A stretch of 64,000 nucleotides of DNA, from positions 4,766 to 68,765 of the forward strand of contig SVOK01000006.1 in NCBI GenBank assembly GCA_015066445.1, read 5' to 3'. Position 1 is the first letter of the stretch, and each line of letters opens with the position of its first letter. Shown one piece after another: positions 18,980 through 29,808 of this stretch. A model generated the notes under the pieces. That model ran no database searches and was not told the origin of the DNA. It saw only the letters and a list, made by a program, of their open reading frames with translations. The position numbers were made by a program, and so were the translations under genes. This stretch comes from Oscillospiraceae bacterium (lineage in GTDB: Bacteria > Bacillota > Clostridia > Oscillospirales > Acutalibacteraceae).

Positions 18980-19373
18980 CCTTTACGGTAAATTCTTTGC
19001 CGCATCTTGGGCATACTGTTTTATGAACGCCTAATCTGTGCGGAAGTCTTAGTATTGCCTTGCAGAAAGGACATTTTTTATATATGTGCAGGCTGTCAGC
19101 CTTTTTGCGTCTGTTAAAATCTCGTTGCTTTTTAAAAAAATTCACCTTATTATAAAACCAATTATTTTCTCTCCGCCTTGCCTCAATGTTGCGTGACATC
19201 ATTCTGAATACAGCATAAAAAAGCAGACCGTAAACCAAAAGCTGCACAACATAAGAACGGATTACTAAATTCAAAAAAGAGATGCCTGCGGCAGTACCGA
19301 TTATAACATAAAACAACATATCAGTACCGTATCTTCCGCTCATAAACTGCATTAGTCTGTATCTGAAATTCAT
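18969..19373 (-). CDS. membrane protein with C-terminal zinc ribbon, function unknown
   Basis: ATG 19373 lies 7 nt after AAGAGG. Two TM helices and CPFC..x..CPRC. The 3' end overlaps the convergent 18473 gene by 11 nt. Confidence 0.55.
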   Translation of the reverse strand: MNFRYRLMQFMSGRYGTDMLFYVIIGTAAGISFLNLVIRSYVVQLLVYGLLFYAVFRMMSRNIEARRRENNWFYNKVNFFKKQRDFNRRKKADSLHIYKKCPFCKAILRLPHRLGVHKTVCPRCGKEFTVKVRK

Positions 19374-19528
19374 AAAATAACCTCTTTTCACAAATTATTA
19401 TATACAATATTAAGTGCCCAATTGTTAAGAAAGGTTAAATTATTTATTTGATTTCCGAAAAATTGCATAATTTTCTTTTAGATTTTGAGTGAAATAATAT
19501 TCAAATATCAAATTTTTAGCAAAACGTA

Positions 19529-19558
19529 TTGACAAAAAAATAACATTTGTATTATTAT
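19529..19558 (+). promoter_or_regulatory. candidate promoter of hppA
   Basis: -35 TTGACA (19529-19534), 18-nt spacer, TATTAT (19553-19558). Confidence 0.4.
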
Positions 19559-19590
19559 ATTATTATCATTCTGAAAAAGGAGCTACTTTT

Positions 19591-21702
19591 ATGGACAAAT
19601 TGTTAGTCTTATTTACGTTTTTGGGCTCAATAGCGGCTCTGCTTTTTGCAGTATTCACCGCTAAAAAGGTGCTTAAATTTTCCGAAGGCACCGATACTAT
19701 GAAAAAAATATCAAGCTGGATCAAAAAGGGCGCAAATGCCTATCTTAAGAGACAGTATGTTGTAGTAGCAATTTTCTTTGCTGTTATGTTTATTGTTCTT
19801 ATGGTTATGGCATTATTAGGTCTATTAACCTTCTTCGTTCCCTTCGCATTTGTAACAGGCGGATTTTTCTCAGCGCTTTCAGGCTTTATCGGTATGAAGA
19901 TAGCCACCGCCGCAAACTGCAGAACTGCAAACGCCTGCCAGCAGGGTCTTAACCGAGGACTCCGTGTTGCTTTCTCGGCAGGCTCTGTAATGGGCTTTAC
20001 GGTTGTAGGTCTTGGTCTTCTTGATATTTCGGTATGGTTTTTCCTTTTAAACAATGTGTTTAAGCTTGACCCTACCCAAATCACAAGCGCAATGCTCACC
20101 TTTGGTATGGGAGCTTCCTCTATGGCGCTCTTTGCCCGTGTGGGCGGCGGTATCTTTACAAAGGCTGCTGACGTTGGCGCAGACCTTGTTGGTAAGGTTG
20201 AAGCAGGTATACCTGAAGATGACCCCCGTAACCCTGCTGTTATTGCCGATAATGTTGGTGATAACGTTGGTGACGTTGCAGGCATGGGCGCCGACCTTTA
20301 CGAATCTTATGTGGGCTCGGTAATTTCTGCTTCAGCACTGGGTGTTGCCGCATTTTCTTCTGAGAAAGAGGTTAACGACCTTAACGCTATGGCAGTTCCT
20401 ATGCTTTTGGCCGCTCTTGGTATCATTTGCTCAATTTTAGGCACATTCCTTGTAAGAACAAAAGAAAACGCAAGCCAAAAGGATTTGCTCCGCTCTCTCA
20501 GCAGAGGTACCAATTTCAGCGCAATAGTAATTGCTGTGGTTGCATTCCCACTTGTTTGGTTCTGCCTTGAAGGTGCAAAATCTATCGGCATTTACTTTGC
20601 AATTTTAGCAGGTCTTATATCGGGCGTGCTTATCGGTCAGTCGACAGAGTATTTCACATCTGATACCTACCGTCCTACCAAGCATTTAGCCGCAAAATCC
20701 GAAACCGGCTCTGCCACAATTATTATAGGCGGACTCGGTCTTGGTATGCTTTCAACCCTGCTTCCAATTATAATCGTTGCTGTTTGTATTCTCGTAGCTT
20801 ACTTTGCCGCAGGCGGTAAAGGAGATCCTAACCTCGGTCTTTACGGTATTGCCCTTTCGGCTGTTGGTATGCTTTCTACCTTAGGCATAACACTTGCTAC
20901 TGACGCTTACGGTCCTGTTGCTGACAATGCCGGCGGTATTGCTGAAATGGCAGGACTTGATCCATCTGTAAGACAGCGCACAGACGCCCTTGACGCTTTG
21001 GGCAACACCACCGCTGCTACAGGTAAAGGCTTTGCTATAGGCTCTGCCGCACTTACCGCATTAGCACTTATGGCATCTTATGTTAACAAGGTTGACGAGG
21101 TTGCTACTAATGCTGGCATAGAAATCGACCTTACCTTTGACCTTACAACCCCGACCGTTCTCGTAGGCTTATTTATCGGTGCTTGCTTACCATTTGTTTT
21201 CGCAGCACTCACAATGGAATCTGTTGGCAAGGCTGCCCAGTCTATTGTTGTTGAAGTTCGCCGTCAGTTTAAAGAAATAACAGGCCTTATGGAGGGCAAG
21301 GCTGAAGCTGATTACGCTTCCTGCGTTGACCTTTGCACAAAGGCAAGTCTCAAAGAAATGGTTCTCCCCACAGTTGTTGCAATAGTAGCCCCCATTGTTA
21401 CAGGCTTGGTGCTTGGTTATCACGGTGTTGTAGGTATGCTTGCAGGCGCTACAGCAAGCGGCTTCCTGCTTGCAATATTTATGTCTAACTCGGGCGGTGC
21501 TTGGGATAACGCAAAGAAATATATTGAAAGCGGAGTTCACGGCGGCAAGGGCAGCAGTCAGCATAAAGCCGCAGTTGTTGGCGATACTGTAGGTGACCCG
21601 TTTAAGGATACCTCCGGTCCTGCTATTAATATTCTTATAAAGCTGCTTTCAATGGTTTCCATCGTATTTGCAGCCGTTGTAGTAAAATACAGTATTCTTT
21701 AG
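19591..21702 (+). CDS. hppA: membrane-bound ion-translocating inorganic pyrophosphatase
   Basis: 703 aa, polytopic. Contains hallmark motifs [46 protein letters not shown] and [15 protein letters not shown]. Confidence 0.95.
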   Translation: MDKLLVLFTFLGSIAALLFAVFTAKKVLKFSEGTDTMKKISSWIKKGANAYLKRQYVVVAIFFAVMFIVLMVMALLGLLTFFVPFAFVTGGFFSALSGFIGMKIATAANCRTANACQQGLNRGLRVAFSAGSVMGFTVVGLGLLDISVWFFLLNNVFKLDPTQITSAMLTFGMGASSMALFARVGGGIFTKAADVGADLVGKVEAGIPEDDPRNPAVIADNVGDNVGDVAGMGADLYESYVGSVISASALGVAAFSSEKEVNDLNAMAVPMLLAALGIICSILGTFLVRTKENASQKDLLRSLSRGTNFSAIVIAVVAFPLVWFCLEGAKSIGIYFAILAGLISGVLIGQSTEYFTSDTYRPTKHLAAKSETGSATIIIGGLGLGMLSTLLPIIIVAVCILVAYFAAGGKGDPNLGLYGIALSAVGMLSTLGITLATDAYGPVADNAGGIAEMAGLDPSVRQRTDALDALGNTTAATGKGFAIGSAALTALALMASYVNKVDEVATNAGIEIDLTFDLTTPTVLVGLFIGACLPFVFAALTMESVGKAAQSIVVEVRRQFKEITGLMEGKAEADYASCVDLCTKASLKEMVLPTVVAIVAPIVTGLVLGYHGVVGMLAGATASGFLLAIFMSNSGGAWDNAKKYIESGVHGGKGSSQHKAAVVGDTVGDPFKDTSGPAINILIKLLSMVSIVFAAVVVKYSIL

Positions 21703-21719
21703 TAATTTTAAAAATCAGA

Positions 21720-21749
21720 AAAAAAGCGAGCAATATGCTCGCTTTTTTA
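21720..21749 (+). terminator. rho-independent terminator of hppA
   Basis: AGCGAGC / GCTCGCT stem (21725-21743) followed by TTTTT. Confidence 0.8.
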
Positions 21750-21798
21750 ATTTTTAATTAATTTTTAGTCAAAACAGCGGTATAAACTAAGAATTATC

Positions 21799-21827
21799 TT
21801 GCTATAACCCTATTTTTATGCTATACT
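21799..21827 (+). promoter_or_regulatory. candidate promoter of glycopolymer cluster
   Basis: -35 TTGCTA (21799-21804), 17-nt spacer, extended -10 TGcTATACT (21819-21827). Confidence 0.5.
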
Positions 21828-21876
21828 GTAGAAGTGTACGGATACACAAAATTCCTTTAAATTAAAAGGTGGTTAA

Positions 21877-22671
21877 ATGCAAGTGTTTAACAATATTAAA
21901 TATGTTTGGAAAAAGTATAATTTTTTACTTCGTCAGCTTGTTTCACGTGATTTTAAGGTTAAATACAAGCGTAGCGTTTTAGGTGTTTTATGGAGTCTTT
22001 TATATCCCCTGCTCACAATGGCAGTTATGGCGATAGTTTTCACTAATGTCTTCAAATTTACCACTCCTGGAGTCAACTATCTTTCCTATCTTATGAGTGG
22101 TCTTGTAATCTTCAATTACTTCAGTGAAGCTTCAAACCTTGCAATGAGCAGTGTGGTTGCAAACTTCAGCCTTATTAACAAGGTTTATATGCCGAAATAT
22201 ATTTTCCCGCTTTCAAAATGCGTATTTGTGGGTATAAACTTTTTGCTCAGCCAGATACCGTTATATGTAATACTTATTGCCACTGGCACCGGTATAAATT
22301 GGTATCATATTTTTCTGCCATACGCATATTTGTGTTTATTCCTGTTTACCTTAGGCTTCGGACTTATCCTTTCAACAGTATCTGTATTTTTGCGTGATAT
22401 GTTCTATATTTACGGTGTTGTAATTTCACTTTGGACATATATGACACCTATAATGTATGATATTGCTATTATAGACAAGCCTGCGTTACTATTAGTTTTT
22501 AAATGTAACCCTCTTTATTGGATAATTTACTTTGCAAGAAGAATAATGCTCTATAATACCATTCCTGAAATCAATTCCTGGATATACTGTATGGTATTTG
22601 GTCTTGGAACATTACTTATAGGTATATTTGTTTTCAAGAAGAATCAGGATAAATTTATTTACTATGTATAA
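21877..22671 (+). CDS. ABC-2 type polysaccharide/teichoic-acid export permease (TagG/Wzm-like)
   Basis: 264 aa with six hydrophobic segments. N-terminal LVSRDFKVKYKRSVLGVLWSLL motif typical of ABC-2 permeases. Confidence 0.85.
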   Translation: MQVFNNIKYVWKKYNFLLRQLVSRDFKVKYKRSVLGVLWSLLYPLLTMAVMAIVFTNVFKFTTPGVNYLSYLMSGLVIFNYFSEASNLAMSSVVANFSLINKVYMPKYIFPLSKCVFVGINFLLSQIPLYVILIATGTGINWYHIFLPYAYLCLFLFTLGFGLILSTVSVFLRDMFYIYGVVISLWTYMTPIMYDIAIIDKPALLLVFKCNPLYWIIYFARRIMLYNTIPEINSWIYCMVFGLGTLLIGIFVFKKNQDKFIYYV

Positions 22672-22683
22672 GGAGACAGAAGT

Positions 22684-23430
22684 ATGGATAACACCCCAAA
22701 TATGATTGAAGTTGAAAATGTCTCTATGCGTTTTAATTTAGGCATTGAAAAAGGCTTTTCATTAAAGCAATGGTTTGTTGATGTTGGCAAGGGTAAAAAA
22801 CACGAGAAAAAAGATTTCTGGGCACTTACTGATGTTAGCTTTAATGTTAAAAAAGGCGAGGTTATCGGCTTTTTGGGTTCAAACGGCGCAGGCAAATCTA
22901 CCCTTTTAAAAGTTGTTGCAGGTGTTATGAAGCCTACTAAGGGTGAGGTTAAGGCTTATGGTAATATCTGCCCTATGATAGAGCTTGGTGCAGGCTTTGA
23001 CCCTCAGCTTACTGCAAGAGAAAATATTTATCTTAATGGTTCAATAATGGGTTATTCAAAAGAGCTTATAGACGCCAAATTTCAGGAAATAGTTGATTTT
23101 TCTGAGCTACACGATTTCCTTGAAGTTCCCGTTCAGAACTTTTCTTCAGGTATGACTGCAAGACTGGCATTTAGTGTTGCTACAATAGTTGACCCTGAAA
23201 TACTTATTGTTGATGAAATTTTGTCAGTTGGTGATATTGCGTTTCAGGCAAAAAGTGAAGCTAAAATGCTATCGATGATAGGCGGCGGTACTACTGTTCT
23301 GTTTGTATCTCACTCAATAGAACAAATCAAAAAAATGTGCGATACAGTAGTGTGGATTGAACATGGTGTGGTTCAGAAAATAGGTGGCAAGGAAGTTTGC
23401 GAAGAATATAAAAAATATCTGGGATTATAA
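22684..23430 (+). CDS. polysaccharide/teichoic-acid export ATP-binding protein (TagH/Wzt-like, no C-terminal extension)
   Basis: Walker A GSNGAGKST, signature FSSGMTARLAF, Walker B ILIVDEILSVGD. Confidence 0.85.
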   Translation: MDNTPNMIEVENVSMRFNLGIEKGFSLKQWFVDVGKGKKHEKKDFWALTDVSFNVKKGEVIGFLGSNGAGKSTLLKVVAGVMKPTKGEVKAYGNICPMIELGAGFDPQLTARENIYLNGSIMGYSKELIDAKFQEIVDFSELHDFLEVPVQNFSSGMTARLAFSVATIVDPEILIVDEILSVGDIAFQAKSEAKMLSMIGGGTTVLFVSHSIEQIKKMCDTVVWIEHGVVQKIGGKEVCEEYKKYLGL

Positions 23431-23443
23431 AGGAGTCTTTATC

Positions 23444-26029
23444 TTGAATTTAATAAATAAAAAACTTGTCAAATTTAAAAATAATGGTATAAAAATCATT
23501 CGTGAAAAAAACGCCATAAGGCTGATTAATAATACTGATTCTCATGGATTTGTTGTGTACCCTAAGCTTTTTAGCGGCAAAAAAATTAAATCGGTTTTTG
23601 TGAAATTCAACGGTCAGCTCATACAAGGCAACGGAGCAATACTTCAGATACTAAATACCAGCAGACAAATTTTATCTGAGACCTCCTTTAATTCAGCTTC
23701 TACTTATTCCGTTAACTCAAAGAATTTTTTGTTCACCATTAAAATCAACCGTAATTCTGAAGTACTCATAACCGACGCAGAAATCAGCACTTCTAATACC
23801 TCTGTAGATGCTTTTGAAGATTTATTTAAAAATATAATAGATAGTGATAACAAAATACTGATTATAACCCCCAGTTATCCCACAGAAGAAAATAAATATT
23901 TCGGCGGATTCGTTCATTCGAGAGTTAAGGCTTATAAACAGTCCGGAATTAAATTTGATTTAGTTTGCGCGCACGAATATCCTAATACTTGTACCTACAA
24001 TTTTGAGGGTGTCGATGTAACCAGAACCAATTTTTACGGTTTACGTCAGATTTTAAGTAAAAAGAAATACAAAACCATACTTTTGCATTTCTTCGACGAA
24101 AAATATGCTCAAATTCTTGATGCCTGCGATATGTCGGAAACCAATCTTTATTTCTGGGTACACGGTCCTGAAACACTTTATTGGGATTGGGCAAAAATGA
24201 CCGATGCATATTTCACCCCCGAAACCAAGCTTTCCGAATTATCTGTACAGACTTTTAAAAATAATGACAAACTTATAGAGAGATACAATAATTATCCTAA
24301 TGTTCACTGGGTATTTGTTTCCGAATGGATAAAAAATCACAGTGAAAAATTAATCGGTTTAAAATTCAATAACAGCGTAGTTATACCGAATTTCGTTGAT
24401 GAGGATAATTTTGACTTTGTAGAAAAATCTCCAGAACTGCGTAAAAAAGTATTCTTTGTCAGAAGATTTGAAAATATAAGCAAATATGCAATAGATATTA
24501 ATGTGAGAACTATTTTGGAATTGAGCCGCCGTGATTTCTTTAATGAAATGGAATTCAATATTTACGGCACAGGCGATTATTACGATACTATTATTGCGCC
24601 CATTAAAGATTTTCCAAATGTTAAATTACACAAGAAATTCCTTACTCATACTGACATTTCAAAGGTTCATAAAGAAAACGGCATTGGTTTATTTGCAACC
24701 CGTTACGATGCTCAAGGCGTTTCTATGTGTGAAGCAGCTATGTCAGGTCTGGCAATTGTTTCTTCTCAAAACGATGCTATCGCCGAATTCTTACCCTACG
24801 AAAAAGGCATTCTATGTGATACAGAGGATTATATTGCTTATGCAGACCTGATTGAAAAAATGTACCGCGATCCGGATTATTTCTGCGAAGCTGCAAAAGC
24901 TTGCCATGATAAGGTTTACTCAAAATGCTGCTTTAACGAAACAATACAAAAGGAAATCGATATGATTCAGTCGGTGTCGGATTATTGTGCTAAAACACTC
25001 TGTCCTGACACCAAGGTAGATGACAAAATTTTAAGTATTATAATCCCCTCTTACAATGTTTCAACCTATCTTTTCCACGGTGTTTACACTATGTTGGAGC
25101 ATAAAAACGGCAATAAAATAGAAATTATAATAGTTAATGACGGTTCAAAGGATAATACTTTAGAAATCGCCCAAAAACTTAAAGAACGGTATTCTGAGAA
25201 CAATATAATTATTCTTGATAAGCCTAACGGAGGCCACGGTTCAACTATAAATGAGGGTCTTAAGCTTTGTAACGGTAAATATATACGAATTATTGACGGT
25301 GACGACTGGGTTAACAGCGAAGCTATGTGTGAACTTATAGACATTCTATCACAGGAAACTGCTGATATTATCGTTACCGACTATTCTGAAGACCGTGCTG
25401 TGGAAAATATAAGTATTGAACGTAAACAATATCCTTTTATGATTCCGTCAAAGCATTATAATTTTGATGATTTATGCTATGAAGGCTACGGTTTCGTTCA
25501 ATGGGGTCCAATCTTAGCCACCGCAAACTTTAGAAAAGAAGTTTTGAAAGACTGCTTCAAGCTTACCGAAAAAAGCTTTTATATTGATATGGAATTTGAT
25601 GCATACTCAATAATAAAAGCTGAAACTATTGCCTACTATCCATTAGATATATACAGATATTTTATCGGTAGAGTCGATCAGTCAATAAGTGAAAATTCCT
25701 ATAAGCGTAATTATGCACAACACGAGAATGTTATTTTCAATCTCATTGATTTTTATTATAATTCTGATGTATCTGCGCAAAAGAAATCCTATATTTTAAA
25801 CAAGCTTATACTGCCAATGATTGTGGCTAATTATGTCATTTTAATTCAATTTTTGGTATCAGGTAAAAAGTATTATTCATTTGAAAAACGCCTTTCAAAA
25901 TATCCTGAAATCTACAACAATCCGCTTATCGCAACAAGAATGAAACGCTTGCACCGAAAAACCCACGGCATTTTTGTTAAATCTGAAAGATTAATTAAGC
26001 GTATTGTGAACATAATATTGAAAAAATAA
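23444..26029 (+). CDS. multidomain glycosyltransferase (unknown N-terminal ~150 aa + GT4-like + C-terminal GT2)
   Basis: TTG 23444 follows AAAGGAG. The central region carries a GT-B type motif (GLFATRYDAQGVSMCEAAMSGLAIV). The C-terminal region has the GT2 motif LSIIIPSYNV...IIVNDGSKDNT...IDGDD. Confidence 0.72.
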   Translation: MNLINKKLVKFKNNGIKIIREKNAIRLINNTDSHGFVVYPKLFSGKKIKSVFVKFNGQLIQGNGAILQILNTSRQILSETSFNSASTYSVNSKNFLFTIKINRNSEVLITDAEISTSNTSVDAFEDLFKNIIDSDNKILIITPSYPTEENKYFGGFVHSRVKAYKQSGIKFDLVCAHEYPNTCTYNFEGVDVTRTNFYGLRQILSKKKYKTILLHFFDEKYAQILDACDMSETNLYFWVHGPETLYWDWAKMTDAYFTPETKLSELSVQTFKNNDKLIERYNNYPNVHWVFVSEWIKNHSEKLIGLKFNNSVVIPNFVDEDNFDFVEKSPELRKKVFFVRRFENISKYAIDINVRTILELSRRDFFNEMEFNIYGTGDYYDTIIAPIKDFPNVKLHKKFLTHTDISKVHKENGIGLFATRYDAQGVSMCEAAMSGLAIVSSQNDAIAEFLPYEKGILCDTEDYIAYADLIEKMYRDPDYFCEAAKACHDKVYSKCCFNETIQKEIDMIQSVSDYCAKTLCPDTKVDDKILSIIIPSYNVSTYLFHGVYTMLEHKNGNKIEIIIVNDGSKDNTLEIAQKLKERYSENNIIILDKPNGGHGSTINEGLKLCNGKYIRIIDGDDWVNSEAMCELIDILSQETADIIVTDYSEDRAVENISIERKQYPFMIPSKHYNFDDLCYEGYGFVQWGPILATANFRKEVLKDCFKLTEKSFYIDMEFDAYSIIKAETIAYYPLDIYRYFIGRVDQSISENSYKRNYAQHENVIFNLIDFYYNSDVSAQKKSYILNKLILPMIVANYVILIQFLVSGKKYYSFEKRLSKYPEIYNNPLIATRMKRLHRKTHGIFVKSERLIKRIVNIILKK

Positions 26030-26055
26030 CAATATTATCCCTAAGGAGAGAATTT

Positions 26056-27330
26056 ATGAGAAATGTTCATATTAAGCACCTTATAATCGGTGCCGGAATT
26101 TCCGGTCTTACCTTTGCGAATTACTGTAAGGGTGACTATCTTATTGTCGAAAAAGAAAATGAGGTAGGTGGTTATTGCAGAACTATTAAAAAAGGCGAAT
26201 ACGTTTGGGACTATGCCGGTCATTTTTTTCACTTTAATACTGAGGAATTTAAAAGCAAATTCCTTGATAAAATGCCTGCTGAGGATATCATCTATAATGA
26301 TAAATGCACCAAAATAGTTCACGGTGACAGATTTATTGACTTCCCTTTCCAAACTAATATTCACCAGCTTCCAAAAGAGGAGTTTATTGATTGCCTTTAT
26401 GATCTTTTTAATAAGGAAGAAAAGGAAAACTACGATAATTTCCTCGATATGCTTTACGGCAAATTTGGAAAAAGCATTGTTGAAAAATTCTTAAAGCCCT
26501 ACAACGAAAAGCTTTATGCTATAGACCTTAAAGAACTTGACGTTGATGCTATGGGCAGATTTTTCCCTTACGCTGACAAAGAGGCTATTATCCGAAATAT
26601 GAAAAATAGCACTGTGAATTCATATAATGCTTCTTTTCTCTATCCTAAAAATGGTGCAGGAAGCTTTATTGAAATCCTTTATAACGCACTTGACAAGGAA
26701 AAGGTTCTGCTTAATACTGAAGTGAAATCCATTGATTTTAATGCAAAAACCGCCACCCTATCTAACGGGGATACTGTAGAATATGACTATCTTATAAATA
26801 CGATACCTCTGAACAAGTTCTTAGAGCTTCCCGGTGGTTATTCTGAGCTTATAGATGAAATGTCATACAACAAGGTTTTAGTATTCAACCTCGGTTTTAA
26901 TAAGCGTTCAGAGCTTTGTACCAAAGAGCATTGGCTCTATGTTGCAGATAAAGAATGTAATTTTTACCGTTGCGGTTTTTACAATAATATCTTGGGTGCC
27001 GAAAACCTAAGTATGTATATTGAAATAGGCTACAGCAAAAAAACCAAAATCACAAAGGCAGATATTGACGAACAATTAAAGCTCACTTTGGAAAACCTGA
27101 AAAAATTAGGTATTACCGATAATGAAACCGAATTGGTAGAATATTGCTCTATAATTATGGATCCTGCATATGTTCATATAAACACCGAAACTAACAAAAA
27201 ATTGGACGAGCTCAAAAACAGTCTCGGACAGCAGAATGTTTATACCATCGGTCGTTACGGCGCTTGGATATATAATTCTATGGAGGATTCCATGCTTAAA
27301 GCAAAAGAATTAGCTGAGAAAATAGGTTAA
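26056..27330 (+). CDS. FAD-binding UDP-galactopyranose-mutase-like flavoenzyme
   Basis: N-terminal LIIGAGISGLTFA...VEKENEVGGYCRT...YAGHFFHF parallels Glf motifs. The assignment is tentative. Confidence 0.5.
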   Translation: MRNVHIKHLIIGAGISGLTFANYCKGDYLIVEKENEVGGYCRTIKKGEYVWDYAGHFFHFNTEEFKSKFLDKMPAEDIIYNDKCTKIVHGDRFIDFPFQTNIHQLPKEEFIDCLYDLFNKEEKENYDNFLDMLYGKFGKSIVEKFLKPYNEKLYAIDLKELDVDAMGRFFPYADKEAIIRNMKNSTVNSYNASFLYPKNGAGSFIEILYNALDKEKVLLNTEVKSIDFNAKTATLSNGDTVEYDYLINTIPLNKFLELPGGYSELIDEMSYNKVLVFNLGFNKRSELCTKEHWLYVADKECNFYRCGFYNNILGAENLSMYIEIGYSKKTKITKADIDEQLKLTLENLKKLGITDNETELVEYCSIIMDPAYVHINTETNKKLDELKNSLGQQNVYTIGRYGAWIYNSMEDSMLKAKELAEKIG

Positions 27331-27350
27331 AGAAACAGAGGATGTTAATT

Positions 27351-28457
27351 ATGAAAATTAAAGTAATGAGTATTTTCGGTACCAGACCCGAAGCTATTAA
27401 AATGGCTCCCCTTGTAAAGGAGCTTGAAAGCCGTGAGGAAATTGAAAGCATCGTTTGCGTTACTGCACAGCATAGAGAGATGCTTGATCAGGTTCTTGAA
27501 ACCTTTAAAATCAAACCCGATTACGACCTTAATATGATGAAGCAGGGTCAGACTCTTATTGATATTACTACAGGAGCGCTCACAGGGGTAGATGCAGTTA
27601 TTAAGGAAGCTAAGCCTGACATTGTTTTAGTTCACGGTGACACTTCTACCACCTTTGCAGGCGGTCTTGCAGCCTTTTACAATCAAGTTGCTGTAGGTCA
27701 CGTTGAGGCAGGTCTTCGCACCTATAACAAATATTCTCCCTACCCTGAAGAAATGAACCGTCAGATGGTTGACTGCTTTACCGATATGTATTTTGCTCCC
27801 ACAAATTTAAGCCGTGACAATCTGCTCAAAGAGAATGTTGACGATGCTAAAATTTATGTAACAGGCAATACCGCAATCGATGCTATGAGCACTACTGTTG
27901 ATGATAACTATACCCACCCTGAGCTCGAATGGCTCCAAGGTGACAAAATGATTCTCCTTACCGCCCACCGCAGAGAAAATTTAGGCGAACCCATGCGCAA
28001 TATTTTCAGAGGTATCAGACGTGTGCTTGATGAGGTTGACGGTATTAAGGTTATTTACCCCATTCACAAAAACCCGCTTGTACGTGCTGCTGCTGACGAA
28101 ATTTTTGGAGACTGCGACCGTGTAAAGCTCATTGAGCCTTTAGAGGTTTTTGATTTCCATAACTTCCAGAATCTTGCACATATTATTCTTACCGATAGCG
28201 GCGGTATTCAGGAGGAAGCTCCCTCTCTTGGCAAGCCTGTACTAGTTCTTCGTGATACTACCGAGCGCCCAGAAGGAATTGATGCCGGAACACTGAAGCT
28301 TGTTGGCACAAATAGTGATGTTATCTATAACGAAACTATGCGTTTGTTAAACGATAAAGAAGAATACGACCGTATGAGCAAAGCTTCTAACCCTTATGGT
28401 GACGGTCACGCCAGCGAACATATTGTTGACGCTATTATTGAAAAATTCAGTAAATAA
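27351..28457 (+). CDS. mnaA: UDP-N-acetylglucosamine 2-epimerase (non-hydrolysing)
   Basis: MKIKVMSIFGTRPEAIKMAP..., VHGDTSTT, HVEAGLRT, LTDSGGIQEEAPSLGKPVLVLRDTTERPE. ATG 27351 lies 8 nt after AGAGGA. Confidence 0.92.
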   Translation: MKIKVMSIFGTRPEAIKMAPLVKELESREEIESIVCVTAQHREMLDQVLETFKIKPDYDLNMMKQGQTLIDITTGALTGVDAVIKEAKPDIVLVHGDTSTTFAGGLAAFYNQVAVGHVEAGLRTYNKYSPYPEEMNRQMVDCFTDMYFAPTNLSRDNLLKENVDDAKIYVTGNTAIDAMSTTVDDNYTHPELEWLQGDKMILLTAHRRENLGEPMRNIFRGIRRVLDEVDGIKVIYPIHKNPLVRAAADEIFGDCDRVKLIEPLEVFDFHNFQNLAHIILTDSGGIQEEAPSLGKPVLVLRDTTERPEGIDAGTLKLVGTNSDVIYNETMRLLNDKEEYDRMSKASNPYGDGHASEHIVDAIIEKFSK

Positions 28458-28523
28458 TCAGGTATTAAGCAGTTGCTATATTAAATTTTCCTGATACCTG
28501 ATCCACTCAAAAGGAGCTACTAT

Positions 28524-29795
28524 ATGAAAGAAAAATTTTCCAAGCTTATAAATGTATATAAAAAATATGGTTTTTTAGGCTTTATGAAAAAATTATATGC
28601 CTATATAGTGGCTAACTATTTCAACAAAATAAGCTTTGCGGTTTTCTTTAATCCTAATAAGTACCGCAAAATTATCCGAGAAATATTAACCGAAAATGAT
28701 TTTGAACGCATTGTGTTATGGCGTTCAAGCTTCGGCTATAATGTTCCGCTTTTCCAAAGACCTCAGCACATAGCAAATAACCTTGTAAAAAACGGTTGCT
28801 TGGTGCTTTATGAGGTTACAACTATGACCGATAAGGTTAAAACTGTAAAACCGTTCAGCGATAATCTATATCTCATAAATTATAATAATATTTTGCTCAA
28901 CCGCCTTTTAATGGACGAGCTCAAAAAGATAAACTGCCCCAAATATATTCAGCTCTACTCTACCGACTGGAAGCTTTCTGTGGAGAATATCGAGAATTAC
29001 ATAAAAGAGGGCTTCGGCTTTATTTATGAGTATATTGATGATATAAGCCCCGAGCTTGCAGGCACAAAGAATATTCCGCAGAATATAATCGATAAATACG
29101 AATTTGCAATGTCGCATAAAGAGGTTTATGTTGTGGTTACTGCCGACCTTTTAAAAGAGGACGTAATTGCACACAGAGGCGAAGAAAATCTTATCTACTC
29201 ATCTAACGGTGTTGACTATTCTTTCTTCCAAAGCTTTGATGAAAATTATGAGTTTGAACCCGAATTTGAGGAAATAGTAAATAAGGGAAAGCCTATCGTT
29301 TGTTATTACGGCGCACTCGCCAAATGGTTTGACTATGAGCTTATTAAAAAAATAGCCGCAACGGATGAATATTCTGTAGTGCTTTTCGGTATTAAATATG
29401 ACGAATCTTATGACGAGAATATGAACGGCGAAGATAATATTTATTTCTTAGGCCCACGTGACTATAAGGTGCTAAAGAATTACTCTAAACGTTGTGATAT
29501 TTTAACCATTCCTTTTAAAATCAATAATATCACAAGAGCTACAAGCCCCGTTAAGGTATTTGAATATATGGCACTTAACAAGCCTATAGTTACTACCGAT
29601 ATGAATGAGTGCCGTAAATATGAAAGTATTCTTATAGGTGACAGCCATGATGATTTCATTTTAAAGCTTAAAAAGGCTTTAACTCTTAAAAATGACAGCG
29701 ATTATATCGCTCTCCTTGATAAAGAAGCCAAGGAAAATGACTGGTCAATGAAAGCTAAGGCTATAACCGACCATATCTCTCAATTTGAAAAATAA
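28524..29795 (+). CDS. putative GT-B fold glycosyltransferase
   Basis: C-terminal E-x7-E-like region SPVKVFEYMALNKPIVTT. The N-terminal half is unrecognised. Confidence 0.5.
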   Translation: MKEKFSKLINVYKKYGFLGFMKKLYAYIVANYFNKISFAVFFNPNKYRKIIREILTENDFERIVLWRSSFGYNVPLFQRPQHIANNLVKNGCLVLYEVTTMTDKVKTVKPFSDNLYLINYNNILLNRLLMDELKKINCPKYIQLYSTDWKLSVENIENYIKEGFGFIYEYIDDISPELAGTKNIPQNIIDKYEFAMSHKEVYVVVTADLLKEDVIAHRGEENLIYSSNGVDYSFFQSFDENYEFEPEFEEIVNKGKPIVCYYGALAKWFDYELIKKIAATDEYSVVLFGIKYDESYDENMNGEDNIYFLGPRDYKVLKNYSKRCDILTIPFKINNITRATSPVKVFEYMALNKPIVTTDMNECRKYESILIGDSHDDFILKLKKALTLKNDSDYIALLDKEAKENDWSMKAKAITDHISQFEK

Positions 29796-29808
29796 TAAAG
29801 GAGCTGCT

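Noticed and set aside
19740-20285. A 181-aa minus-strand ORF antisense to hppA.
   Set aside because: It lies entirely inside a high-confidence conserved gene. Its Pro/Ser/Thr/Ala-rich translation is typical of an antisense frame. It has no RBS.
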